Positions 37,790-49,199 of a DNA stretch of 64,000 nt are shown here, piece by piece (positions within the stretch are counted from its first letter, which is position 1; the number at the start of each line of letters is the position of its first letter). Source of the stretch: Geosiphon pyriformis uo1 (lineage: Eukaryota; Fungi; Glomeromycota); NCBI GenBank assembly GCA_016748015.1, contig JAAOMT010000299.1, forward strand, positions 186,001 to 250,000. The letters are read 5' to 3'. The position numbers and the translations under genes are program-made. The notes under the pieces are model-generated. The model was not told the DNA's origin and did no database searches. It worked only from the letters and a program-made list of their open reading frames with translations.

Positions 37790-38774
37790 TGTTACTAGAC
37801 GAAATTAGAGATATCATTTAGCATGAAACTATCTCATAATTCCTATCATTAATTAGCATATATTATCATTTCAAATTATCACTTATTACATTAGCAAAGA
37901 ATGTCCGAAATTATCATTTAATTAATAACCCAAATTGTATACAACACAAATGTAACCTAATGGCGATGATCAATCATGCAATACCCCGAACTATGTAACA
38001 TTCAAAAGTTTGCCAAAATTTATAAAAATTTGCCGAAATAATTGATAGTTCACCGAAATATTTAATAGTTCGCAGAAATAACTTGTAGTTCGCCAAAATA
38101 TATCTTTAGTTCAGCGAAATTGTAGAAAATAGCAAAGTTCAAGTTCATAGAATAGTGTTACGACAAGTTGTATAAAAGAAGAGCTTCTCTCTTCGAGAAA
38201 ATGTATCTTACTTTAGATTTATCTCTTAAAACCGTTTCTATACACACAAAAAAAAGAAATAAATATCAAATAATTTGAAAAACCAAATTCTTTAATTATT
38301 GCACTTGGAAAATCCCCAAAACCCAACTAACGTTTTGAAATTAATTAGCTGCCAATTTCAGTAAACTGTTAGTGACTCCAGGCCTGAATAGAAAATGTTT
38401 CTCTTGACAAAAATTCTATTTCTTTTACATTTCTTTTATTTTCCTTTTCTTTTCTTATTACAATCATTAGGGTAGCCTACAGATGAGATTTCTGTAGAAG
38501 AGTTGATTTTCACAGCAAAGTAACTATACATTTTAGTAAGCTTCCAGACGAGCAATTCTTGAGAAAGAGTTGACATTTACTACAACATAATTACATAAAG
38601 TAACTGGCAAGAAATTGGCCATTCCACTTATAAGCCCAGCAGTTCAAATTATAGGAGATAATTTGAAGTTAAAAATTCAGTTACTGGAGATTCAACCACA
38701 TCCAGAAAACATGAATTCACAGCAATTAAGTATCAACAACATTACAGAAAAGAGACCAAAAACCTCCGGTAACA
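37790..38774 (+). repeat. 3' LTR of Gypsy B4
   Basis: Colinear with the 5' LTR; differences are mostly transitions. Confidence 0.95.
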
Positions 38775-41171
38775 ATGGTTTCTTGGATGTAAAGTCAGTA
38801 TTAAAAGACAATGTAAAGCTGTTTTGTATAGAATTTGCTTCTCAAGTGTCTTTAAAAGCTGCATTTTTGGTTGAGCTTACAAGCTCTATACATTTGACCA
38901 CTTTCAAAATTGCCAAGTCTTTGGTGGTTTCTGAGTTTGGTTTCTTTTCTGCTGCTGTTGTGTTGCATAATATGCTCTTGAGTGTGTTTGCTGTTGATAT
39001 TAAGACAGCTTTCAGTGTGTTTAGTAATGTTACTTGTGTTGTGCTAAAGTCTGCTGGTATTTGGCAGTATGTGATGATTTATTTTAAGAAGTTGAACTCT
39101 GCTGTATCTGCTTTGAATCATTGGTTAGTTTTGGTAGACAAAAATAGTGTTAGAATTCTCTTCCTGGTAAATCAAAATAAGACTATTTTGTCTCATGATA
39201 AGTTTAAAGCCAAATTGGTTAATCTTTCTTCTGAATGCACAGCTTTTGAAATTAATGATATGATTTCTCAAGTTGGTGATTAGACATGTTTTATCCCTCA
39301 TTTTTTTGAGTCTGGTTGTTGTTTCCAGTTTGTTTTGATTATATTTGGTTCTCAAGCTGATTTGAATTTTGTTATTGTCAAAACTAGTACACTAAAGAAA
39401 TGCCATATTTGGTAGGAAACTTCTGGTTGTTGGCATTGTTTCAAGTATCAAGAACTGGACCATCTGGCTGCAGATTGTAAGATTTCTCTATTTCTCCTTT
39501 CCAGGTTTTTTAAGATGTTTACACTATGTTTTATTGGTCCTAAGTTTTATGCCAAGACTTCTGTTCTCTTGAACTTCTCTGGATTTTCATCTCTGTCACC
39601 TTTTGTCTCTTCTCTAGTTGTTGTTGATAATTCTTTAGTGCTGTCTCAATTGTTTTCTTTGAAATCTGATTTAACTAAGTTTTCTGTTTTGGTTGAGTCT
39701 ATTTTTAAGTTTATTGGCTCTTTGGTTACAACTTTTTAACAGTTTATTAATGGTAATTTGGTTTCAAGTAATGCTTTTGGTCTTAGAATTAATGAAATTT
39801 TGGTACATATAAGTTCCTTTAGTAGGACTGTTGATAAGCTGAAAAAAAAATAATCTCTTTAAAAAAAGAGTGCTGCATGGAAGATATTGATATGTTTGGT
39901 AATTTGAAACATTCAATTGGTGTGAATGATGATACATTTTTTAATTTAATGTCTTTTTGGGCTTATAAGCCTGTTCAAGACTAATCTCTTAAAAACAGCT
40001 GAATGGCTGGTTAGATTGGTTTCTAATAGTGTTACTTTGTTTAGTATTGTTTAGAAGATGTCTTTTTTGGATAAGTTTTTTTCTAAGGCTTTAACATAAT
40101 ATGTCTTTGATTGGTCCAAGTGACTAGTTATGTATAGAAAATACATAATTAGCACCTAGTTTAGATTACTTAGTTTGATGTATTATGTTAGGTAGCTTTT
40201 GAACTACATTTATTAAGCAATAAAATAATAATAATAATACTTTAAAAGTACAGATTTTTAATATTAAATCTAATACAAATAAAATTATTGTATAGTTAAC
40301 TAATTTGGTTTTTATTAATAATAATCAAATTATTATTATAAAAAAAATGGTTTTTTTAAGTAATTATTTTAATAAACTCAATATAGTTTAATTTTAATTA
40401 AACTTATGTCTAATTATATATAAAAAACATATAAATTACATTTGTTTTTAAATATTATAGTATTATATAATAATAAATTATAATAAAACTATTTACATTA
40501 TAAAAAATTTTAAATTTTATAAATTTTTAAAAAAAATAACAAACTAGTTTTCTTTAAAGTTAAAATATAAATTTAAAAAATAATTAATAATTTTGTAAAT
40601 TTTAATTATTAATATGATAATAATAAAATTTTTGGTAAATTATTAAAAGTTATTAAGCATAAAATCACAAAATATATTAATAATACAATTATAAATATTA
40701 ATATTTAGTGTAATCTAATTTTAATTTGTTTTAATAACTAATTACACATAAAAATTTAATTTAATTTAAACATAATAAAATAAATATGTATAATATATTA
40801 AATTTATATAAATTAAGTGTTTTAAATATGCAAATAAAATTGTTTAATGATTTTTTAGTTTAAAATTAAATTATTTTATATTTAATTTATAATGCTTTAT
40901 TATTAAATTTATTTAGTTTATTTCAAGTTATGAGCCCAAAAGTATTTTGGCAAATAGAAGTATTGTAAAGTTAAATATAAAAATGCGATTTGTTTAAATA
41001 AGAAAATGGCATACTTTCCATTAACCAAAATACCCTCTTTTTACCTTATAATTTTTTTATGTAAACTTTTTTGAATATTTAGGCTAAGAGTGTTATGCAC
41101 AATAAAACTATCATGATTATACTTATGTACAAATATCTGTATAGATGATTGCAGCTTTTTAATATATATAT

Positions 41172-43432
41172 TTATAACATGACAACCCCTACATTATCAC
41201 TTTTCATTTCCTGGCACCTCCAATTAAATATATAATAATTTAAATACCCGTCTCCGGGTCCAAATTTCAATTCATCAAGGAAAAATCTGTTTTCCATTAG
41301 ATCAAGACAATTAAATACATCGACTTTTTGCTGTCAACATTTATCCCAGTATATAATAGGTTAATATAAATAGGTTTAACAAAAATTGATTAGCAAAGCT
41401 TATTACATACCAATTTAGCAAGAATCAAAGCGTCCTTCATAAGTCCTTGAAGCCGTTCTTTGATGGCATTTTCCTCAGTCACGTTTGTAGCGTAATAAAA
41501 CAGGTATACCGCATTAATTGATTTATGAATTGGATGACCAATTACAGAAGATGGTAGATAATAGAAGGAGAAGAAGTCAGTTATGTTTTTCGTTCCTGGT
41601 TGCTAAAGCCGAGAATTCTATATTAGTATTTCTAAAGAAAAAATAAAATTCAGAATCACTATATACTCGCCTCAACAACGTATGACCAAATTACTCCCTC
41701 TTTCGGTAAAATCCAATGCCTGACTTCCTCATCGTTTTTGAAGATTGGAACGAAATCAAATTTTTTCATATATTCACTTAAGAGAGTCCTCACTTTGGGA
41801 ACATCTTTTGATTTCATTGGACGTAATCCAGGTGTAGCTGTTTCATTTGGTATTTTATATTTTTTGATCAGACGCGTAAGAGGTATATTATTGGGTAATC
41901 TTGAAAATTTGGTTTCTATTAACTTTTTGGGATTTAGAGACCGATGGTAGTATCTTGAAGTGTAAGTTTCAATTTAAATGAGTAATTCAATTCTCATTAA
42001 TGAGACTATTGGCAAATTCAATAAATATTTAAACCTTACCGCGCCTTAGAAACCGGTTTGGGAAGGACCACCCCTGCAGTATAAACTGCTTGGAATATAC
42101 CTTCAATGTGAGAGCGACGAGTTATCTCTTTGATTAGCACTGGAGCCAATCTTTTGCTGCGGAGTTTCTTGTGAACACAGAGAAAATTTATCTCGACTAA
42201 GTGATGGGACCTATTTTTAATGTATCAAAGTATTAAGATATTAAGAAAACATATCGGAATAAATATAATCATTGAAAAATTACAATTGATTTATCCGAAT
42301 ATCGGTTGGGATAGCACTAATGAAAGCAACAAGCTTTTTGCTGGCAGAAACACGCACTCCGACATGCCATAATTTTTTGAAACCAGGCGGCTGGAGGGCC
42401 CTTGAAAAAATCAATCAGTTAATAACTTCATTTAACCAAAAGAAAGCGAATATTGAGAGTCCAATATGATTGCCCTCCCCAGGTGTTTTTTAATTTTGTT
42501 GCCTCCCATAATTTGGCAGCCGATCAGATCAAAAAAATTTCTTTCAGATTTGATCGTTACTTGTTCATCAGCAATTTTGGCATTAGGACAAAAACAGCCG
42601 TACCGTCAAAACAACCATCTAACCAAACTTGGAGTCTAAGGTAGGAAATATTTACTTTACCATTTTAAGAACTTTCCAGAATAATCAAATCGAAACATCG
42701 CGTCATCGTCTTCAACGTAATTATTTGTCAACAAAGCGTATAGTTCGTTTATCTAAGAGATTCAAAAAATGTTATCAATAATTTTGTCATTAAATGCTTC
42801 TTATACATATTCTAAAGAATATACTTCATCATCATTATTTAATTCCATGGTGGACCACTCAAACTCTTTTGGCAAAGGGTATGGTTCTTTGCGGATCTCA
42901 TTTTGCGGTACGTTTGGTTCTATTGGGCCATCTTTTTCAAAGATATCACCTTAAAAGGAATTTAGAGAAAAAGATAACGACTTTAAGCTGATTAAAGAAT
43001 TTAGGGAAAGGAACAACAATATTTTTCTTACAAAAAAAACTCACCAATTTGGGGCACAGGCTGAGTGCTCCAAAATTTGTGAGTTCCCTGCTCTTTTTCC
43101 TTACTTCCACCTGGTGTTGAAACCAAAGCTTGACGCACCGCAAGTTGATTCATGAGGGAGGTAACCTTTTCTTGTAATTCCGCCTGTCGTGAGGCAAGTG
43201 TTGCTGGATCATCAACAGCAAGCGTATTAGCAGTTGAAGTGCCAAGTTTTGATGCCTTTTTTTGCGCCTTTTTTGCGTCTTTTTTGGCCTGTTTAGCCAG
43301 CAATCTATCAGCAGCGGAGTTTCCGAGATTACCCAAGGTTGATAAACCTAAATCTTTTTTTTCCTCAGCCATTTTGGACGAAAGGTACTTTTCGAGACTA
43401 TCCAGAGTTAAATCTTTTTTTTCTTCAGTCAT
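41172..43432 (-). CDS. NMT1: Glycylpeptide N-tetradecanoyltransferase (N-myristoyltransferase); exons 43045-43432, 42825-42949, 42661-42752, 42284-42400, 42040-42210, 41671-41953, 41411-41602, 41172-41330
   Basis: [32 protein letters not shown] (signature 1), KFGPGDG (signature 2), C-terminal VGVVML*; splice phases consistent, with one GC-AG intron. Confidence 0.95.
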
Positions 43433-44129
43433 TGTGAGGCTCGAAAGGTAGTTTTAATGTTAAAAATTATTTATTGTACAAGTCTTCGAATTAATGGTTC
43501 AAAAGAACTTTGTACAACAATTGATGAGGATGATGATTGTAAATTTATCAGTGACGAAAATCAGCCTGCAGTTTTTAAATTGCTTCTTCACTTTTTCCTT
43601 GAATAAATTTGGCTTCTCACTCATCTTTAATTTGACTGTGTTAACGAACACAGCGGCCTACCCTTGACATTTCAGTGCTAAGGCTTCTAGATTGTAAAAG
43701 CAACCTCTAGTCTCACGAAAGGAGAACAATGTTCCTTGAATAATTCGTTTTCATTTGCACTGTATTGTACACAAGCTTCATTTAGGTCTATCTTGGGATT
43801 TCTTTGTAAAATCAAAAATATTAACTAAAAAGGTCCCTTTTTTGAAACCCTGAGATAATTGAGAGGTCAAACCTTGAAAAAGGATTATGTAGGAAGATAC
43901 GGTAACTACGCAAAATTATTTAACAACAATTTTACTACTTATAGGAGTTTCGAAGGCAGAAATTACAAGTTGCGAGTCTCCAAAATCGGGTATAGAAAAT
44001 GATATTTATCGCCTTGGGAGATCAAAGTATCCTGATTGAAAAATGTCTTATCGGTGTGACAGCTATACAACATGTCACGAATTACCAAGTTTTAAGAAAT
44101 ATTTATTCATAATAATAGACACGAAACTT

Positions 44130-45734
44130 TTAGATACTCATTCCTAAAAATTCTGGACTTTTATCAAACTCTACTACATCTACAAACTCGATATACTCTT
44201 TGGCTTTTTGCAAAATCTCACTATTAAAATGAGAATATCGAAACTTGTGCAAACGATTACTAAACCCAACTTTTCTCACAATAGCCTTTTCTCTGGCGTA
44301 ATAAAGGAGTAGAACTAAATGTCCGCTTCCGAGAACTTCGGCATTTCCAAAACCAATTTGTCGAATAGGTGTTTGTCTGGTTTGCAAAAAGAGTGCCAAT
44401 GAATCGGCACTAAATTCATTGAAATCCACAAACAGATAACGAAGGCTTCTTGGCAAAGTCTTAGCTAACTTTGGCCAAATTTCTAGAGATATTGGTGTCC
44501 CTCCATCCAAAGATTGTCGAAGAACAAGTTGCTCGAGTTGCCTTAATTCAGCCAATGCACTCATAAATGATACAACAGCTGAGCCATCAATGGCAACTGC
44601 TAAGGAGATGATATTTCGACTAGATTCAGTGATTGCATTAAACAACATATTCGAGCATTCCTGACGTATCACCAATTCTTGAAAATTGTGTTTTGCGTGT
44701 GTAATGATTGGAACTAAGACTTGTCCATTCAAACCTCCAATATCGAAATAAAGTCTTCTTAGGGACATTGGTCCCCTGGCCAGTGAAGACCACCATTCTA
44801 TTGATTCAATATCTGCTCGGCACTCTTCAAAGATCAGAGTTTCGAGTACTTTGAAATTTTGTAAATTTTCAAGATAAGTTGGCTCATTTTCGAAAAAATG
44901 AGATGATTTAAATACCAATCTTTTCATATAATTAGCCTGTTTACTCATCAGGCCCGTTATAACAATACCAAATTCATCAGAGAAATTTATAAAAGTGATG
45001 TAGTGAAGTGCGTTTTGTAGGGTGATAAGATCTGTTAATTTCTGTGCGGTGAAATTGTTGATATTTTGAAAGTCTACTTGCAATGACTCCAGATCTCGTG
45101 TCATTAATTTCATGGCTGTGAATAATTCAGTGATATTTGATAAATCTTTGTGAAGAAAGTTGCCTTGCCATCCACCCAATTCGAACCTTTTCAATTGTGT
45201 CAAGGCTTTTGGTGCATTAAGAAACATTGTAAAATCTGGAATTTGACAGAGAGCAGTTGTTTTTTCAATTCTAAGACTCTCAAAAGCAGCTGAGGTTCGG
45301 AAGATCAATCTGCATAGAGGTGTTGCCACTGTTAGAACTTTTATCCACAAGTCGTCATCAGAATCTCGTGGAAACGCCACTTTAAGCCACTTAGCCACAG
45401 CTTTTTCCAAATTTTCCACATCCAATTCTTTTATAAATGTATGGTAATCGAAAACTGGACGCCAACGCTGTGGTATCGGAATACCATAACTTGTAAGTTT
45501 GCTTTTTTCCTCTTCAAACAGGCATGCCAGGAAAGAAGGAACGAATCGACGCGACGCTTCAGACGATAATGATCGAAGCGGGAAGCTCCAGAGAATTGGG
45601 GCAATTTGACGACAACAATCCCGACTAGTTAGCATGCAACGAAAAAGTGTTTGCTTTTCGTCTTCAAGTTTCGTGAAAATTTCGTAAAGACAGTCAGGTG
45701 GAAGAATTTCTTGAAACCCTTCCTTTGCCTCCAT
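44130..45734 (-). CDS. F-box domain protein with LRR/RNI-like repeats (534 aa, intronless)
   Basis: N-terminal LPPDCLYEIF...LFRCMLTSRDCCRQIAPILW F-box; repeated LxxLxL units downstream; intact ORF with normal CpG content. Confidence 0.85.
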   Translation of the reverse strand: MEAKEGFQEILPPDCLYEIFTKLEDEKQTLFRCMLTSRDCCRQIAPILWSFPLRSLSSEASRRFVPSFLACLFEEEKSKLTSYGIPIPQRWRPVFDYHTFIKELDVENLEKAVAKWLKVAFPRDSDDDLWIKVLTVATPLCRLIFRTSAAFESLRIEKTTALCQIPDFTMFLNAPKALTQLKRFELGGWQGNFLHKDLSNITELFTAMKLMTRDLESLQVDFQNINNFTAQKLTDLITLQNALHYITFINFSDEFGIVITGLMSKQANYMKRLVFKSSHFFENEPTYLENLQNFKVLETLIFEECRADIESIEWWSSLARGPMSLRRLYFDIGGLNGQVLVPIITHAKHNFQELVIRQECSNMLFNAITESSRNIISLAVAIDGSAVVSFMSALAELRQLEQLVLRQSLDGGTPISLEIWPKLAKTLPRSLRYLFVDFNEFSADSLALFLQTRQTPIRQIGFGNAEVLGSGHLVLLLYYAREKAIVRKVGFSNRLHKFRYSHFNSEILQKAKEYIEFVDVVEFDKSPEFLGMSI

Positions 45735-46839
45735 TTTTTGCTTTATTAATCAATTTTTTTGTTGTTAAATTACTTTCTACTTAAGTTAAATAAATGAATG
45801 TCTGGAATGAAACCATACAAGAGTGATTGAAGAGAAAAGTTTGCTCTAAAGAACTTTACAACGCAAAAGGGAACTTTTTCCCTTGAGAATAAATAAACAA
45901 TGTTCAAGACTAACCGTAGCGTAGTATCACCAAAGCGGCTCACCCTGTCCTGATTAAGAAGCGATCTGGTATAGGTACCTTATGCATTAATATGTCATAA
46001 GGTTCATGTCAAATCTGAAGCTTTTTAAATCTGATTGCATTCATTTTGAATTCTTATTCAAATTAAACATGTGATTTAAAATTGATTTGTTAAGAATATT
46101 TCATGGCATATTTGAAACTTTAATTCTGTATTTCAAGTGATTGGAAATATTAAGACTTTGGATTTTAATAATAATTTGTTAAATTATTACCAAATTGATG
46201 AATTTCTGAATTCTCGAAAGATCATTTTTTTTGTTAGCAATTTTCTGAAATGACATGTTGTTAATTAATCTTAAAAGTAAATTTAAATTTCAATATTTTA
46301 TTTTTGTTAAAGATAATTTTGAAAAGCAAAAAAAAATTATACAAAATTAAAATAATGATATTCTTTAAACTGATTTCATTTTAATTTGCTTTATTGTTTT
46401 AATATACGTATGATTTTATATATTGTTTATAAATAAGATTTTTACATAAAGATTTTTTATTTCAATTTTTAAAAAAGCTAATGAAACTTAAAATTTATTT
46501 TCAAGATTTTTTTCCTATATGGACGTTTGAAATTATAAGAATAATTCGTTTTTTCAAATTTTGTGGTGAAATAGACAAAGGAAAGCCGAAAATTTAAATT
46601 CCAAATCTTCCAATACATTATAACTATATGATAATCTACAAATAAGAATGGGTGAGTTGGGCCTGAGAACCTGCTAGGTCATCAAACGCTTTAACCTTAG
46701 GCCGATGCTTCTAATTAGATGTTATTGTTCTGTAACCCGCAAAATCCATTCATCTTTCTTCAATCCAGGCCCGAAATACTATTCAGAGGGCATAAATTTC
46801 TGGGTAAGCAAGGCAATAAGGCATAGGGATGATAAATTC

Positions 46840-47836
46840 TTACATTTTCGGCTTATCTACATAAGTCCAAGGGCCTCGTAAACTCTTCAAATCTTTGTAG
46901 TTACTATCAACAGGTTTTTTCACCTTCCCGTCACTTTCTAGTTTTATCAAATGCAATATCACCCCACGTTCCGCAGCAAGCCAAATACTTTCTGGATGTT
47001 TAGCGTATAAGATTCCAACTATTTCTCTCGGAGTGATTGACCAACCTCGATCTTTGGTATTCTTCAAAATCAATAAAATCTGCTCCTCCCTTACTAAACG
47101 ATGGTGAATATATTGTTCGAGCGTTGCCATGCCGTCTTCCACTATTGAACCATGGCCTGGATAAATTCGCCCAGGTTTCAAATTTTTCAATTTGTATAAT
47201 GAAGCCATATATTTTCCAAGATCTTCAAATACAACTGTCCCCTGCCCTAGTACACAATCGGCCGAGAACAAAGCATTCTCTTCTTCCAAAAAAAACGCCA
47301 AATGATCCTGGGAATGACCAGGTGTAGCTATAGCTCGTAATGTAGCACCTTCAGTTTGGAAGATCTGATTATCTTTAACCGGTTGCAAGAAGCTGTGCTC
47401 AGGCTTGTCATGAGAAGGGTCAAGTATTTTGTGGACTTTTGGAGGAGATAAAGAATTTTTATGGGACAATTGGAAGATATCATCTATTCCTCCGACATGA
47501 TCAGGGTGCCAATGAGAGATCAAAATATCGGAAATTCTGATATTTCCGTCTTTAATCAGTGAATCTTCCAATAAATTTCTATACTCAGGTTTACCTTCGC
47601 CGGTGTCAAGCAGAATTCTTTGTGTTCCAGTCCCAATCAAATAAGTGTTTGTTCCTGAAATAAAATCAGGTTAAACAAACTTGTACTTCAGGGGAAAATA
47701 AGAATAATTAACTTCCATTTTGGTTCTTCGAAATTAAACCTTGTAATGTGAATTTTCCTGGGTTGAAGCCTAGTATTCGAATAACTCTGGTTGACAACCT
47801 AGCATAGTTCGGTAGTTCTTGTAAAATTTCTGTCAT
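46840..47836 (-). CDS. Metallo-beta-lactamase domain protein, LACTB2-like; exons 47740-47836 and 46840-47654
   Basis: NPGKFTLQ|GTNTYLIG; SHWHPDHVGG; TPGHSQDH; FSADCVLG; IYPGHG; winged-helix-like C-terminus. Confidence 0.9.
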
Positions 47837-47957
47837 TTTTTTTTTAGGAAGTTAAAAGTCTGCTTTCTGCGTTTCCTTATTTAATTTGTGCGACCATTTA
47901 TAGATCCAAAAAAGAGCATCTTCAAACCCATTCACCAGTTTTAAATTTTAAAATTCA
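47837..47957. promoter_or_regulatory. Short divergent (bidirectional) promoter/5'UTR region
   Basis: 121 bp between head-to-head ATGs of the LACTB2-like and Nudix genes. Confidence 0.55.
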
Positions 47958-49047
47958 ATGGAGGCAAGAACAGGTCGTGATAAGCAAGTTTATAAGAAGG
48001 GAAACATACGCCAGGTTGAGAATGATCTCTTTGTCTTGAGCACGCGACTCTATAACTTACTCTTTTACTTATTTCACTTCTACATCTATATTTTCCTTTG
48101 CCCTTTACTTGTAAAAGGTAGTTGGTTGCGTACCAATTAACAGAGAAACTGGCAAAATACTCCTTATAACTCGACGGAAGGAAGGTGGCTGGGTCCTGGT
48201 AACTAATACTTTGTAGCTCTAGGTTTTTTATTTTTCTAAAATTAGCTTTCTTTTAAAGCCCAAAGGTGGGTGGGAAAATGATGAATCACAGCAAGAAGCA
48301 GCGGCGAGAGAGACATATGAAGAAGGTAATTTAGTGAATGTTTTTTTTTATATGGTCTTGATTAACTCATTCCTCTTAATAAAAGCTGGTGCCAAAGGGC
48401 GAATAACGCGTCACCTTGGTGTATGGGATCATCATATATTAAATAAATCCACCGGACTTCCGAAAGCTATGTTCAGCTTCTTTGAAATGGAAGTAGAACA
48501 GTTAGAGGAAATGTGGCCGGAAATGGAGGAGAGAGATAGGCAATGGGTTTGAATATACTTTCTCTTTAAATAAGATTTTCATTAGTTTTCCTTGTTCTAG
48601 CTTCTAATCATTCCTTACTCCATAAAATCTCCGCAGTTTAATTATGATGAGGCAGGAAAGATGCTAATCAAGCCATTCATGCGTGAAGTAATCCAAAATT
48701 GCTCGTTAGGTCCTCATTCATATCGATCTGAGGTTGCTATTATTTGATATGTGATTATCATTTTTATCGACTTAAGGTATTAACACTTAATATTTCTATT
48801 GATATATTGTAGAAATCATCATCGGATCATTTCTTAGAGTCATCCGAAAAGGAACCTAAGGATACTTGGATATGGCAGTTCTCTGTTGTAATTGTTGTAT
48901 TTGCATTTTTTGTATGGCTATTATCAACGAGATATCAGGATGTGGGCTCCGATCGAATAGGTAAAATAGTCCCCTTTTTTTCCTTTGCCGATGAACATTA
49001 ATGGGTGGAAACTTTAAAAAAACAATTCAGAAAGGAAGATATTATAA
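47958..49047 (+). CDS. Nudix hydrolase, diphosphoinositol-polyphosphate/Ap6A (DIPP/Ddp1/Aps1) type; exons 47958-48014, 48118-48198, 48259-48325, 48386-48546, 48637-48732 (or read to stop 48747), probable extra exons 48813-48960 and 49031-49047
   Basis: N-terminal ARTGRDKQVY; VGCVPI; WVL|PKGGWENDESQQEAAARETYEE|AG Nudix box; WPEMEERDRQW; 3' exons less certain. Confidence 0.85.
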
Positions 49048-49199
49048 CAGCCTTTAGCATGGATCTTCCTAATTCAATTAATATAATGATGAACCAGTAG
49101 TTACTTTCATTTGATTCCATTGAGTATATTTCAAAGTTGACAATTTAAACTTTTTATTTTAATAGATTAAACTATTTAATTAATTTTTAATTGGGTACA

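Larger units (their letters stand above)
29143..38774 (+). mobile_element. Ty3/Gypsy LTR retrotransposon, family B copy 4 (full length, two N gaps)
   Basis: LTRs at 29143-30126 and 37790-38774; perfect 4-bp TSD ATGG (29139-29142, 38775-38778); PBS at 30129-30139; PPT GAGGAGGAGG at 37777-37786. Confidence 0.96.
28343..40239 (+). mobile_element. ORF1-only LINE-derived element, split by Gypsy B4
   Basis: ORF from MTTTRAKSKK (28343) reads VFQSVHG|FLDVKSV across the B4 insertion; knuckle CFK(Y)QELDHLAADC at ~39430-39478; stop at ~40099; then ~120 nt and an AATAAA(TAA)n tail; no ORF2 follows. Confidence 0.65.

Noticed and set aside
38615-39283. 222-aa ORF as a host gene
   Set aside because: Chance in-frame fusion of the B4 3' LTR end with the interrupted LINE-like ORF1; starts at TTG
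42401-42660. TPP riboswitch in an 'NMT1' intron
   Set aside because: The riboswitch-bearing fungal NMT1 is the thiamine gene; this gene is N-myristoyltransferase and no TPP aptamer motifs are visible
45975-46005. Short inverted repeat ACCTTATG...CATAAGGT upstream of the F-box gene
   Set aside because: An 8-bp stem is expected by chance; no supporting context
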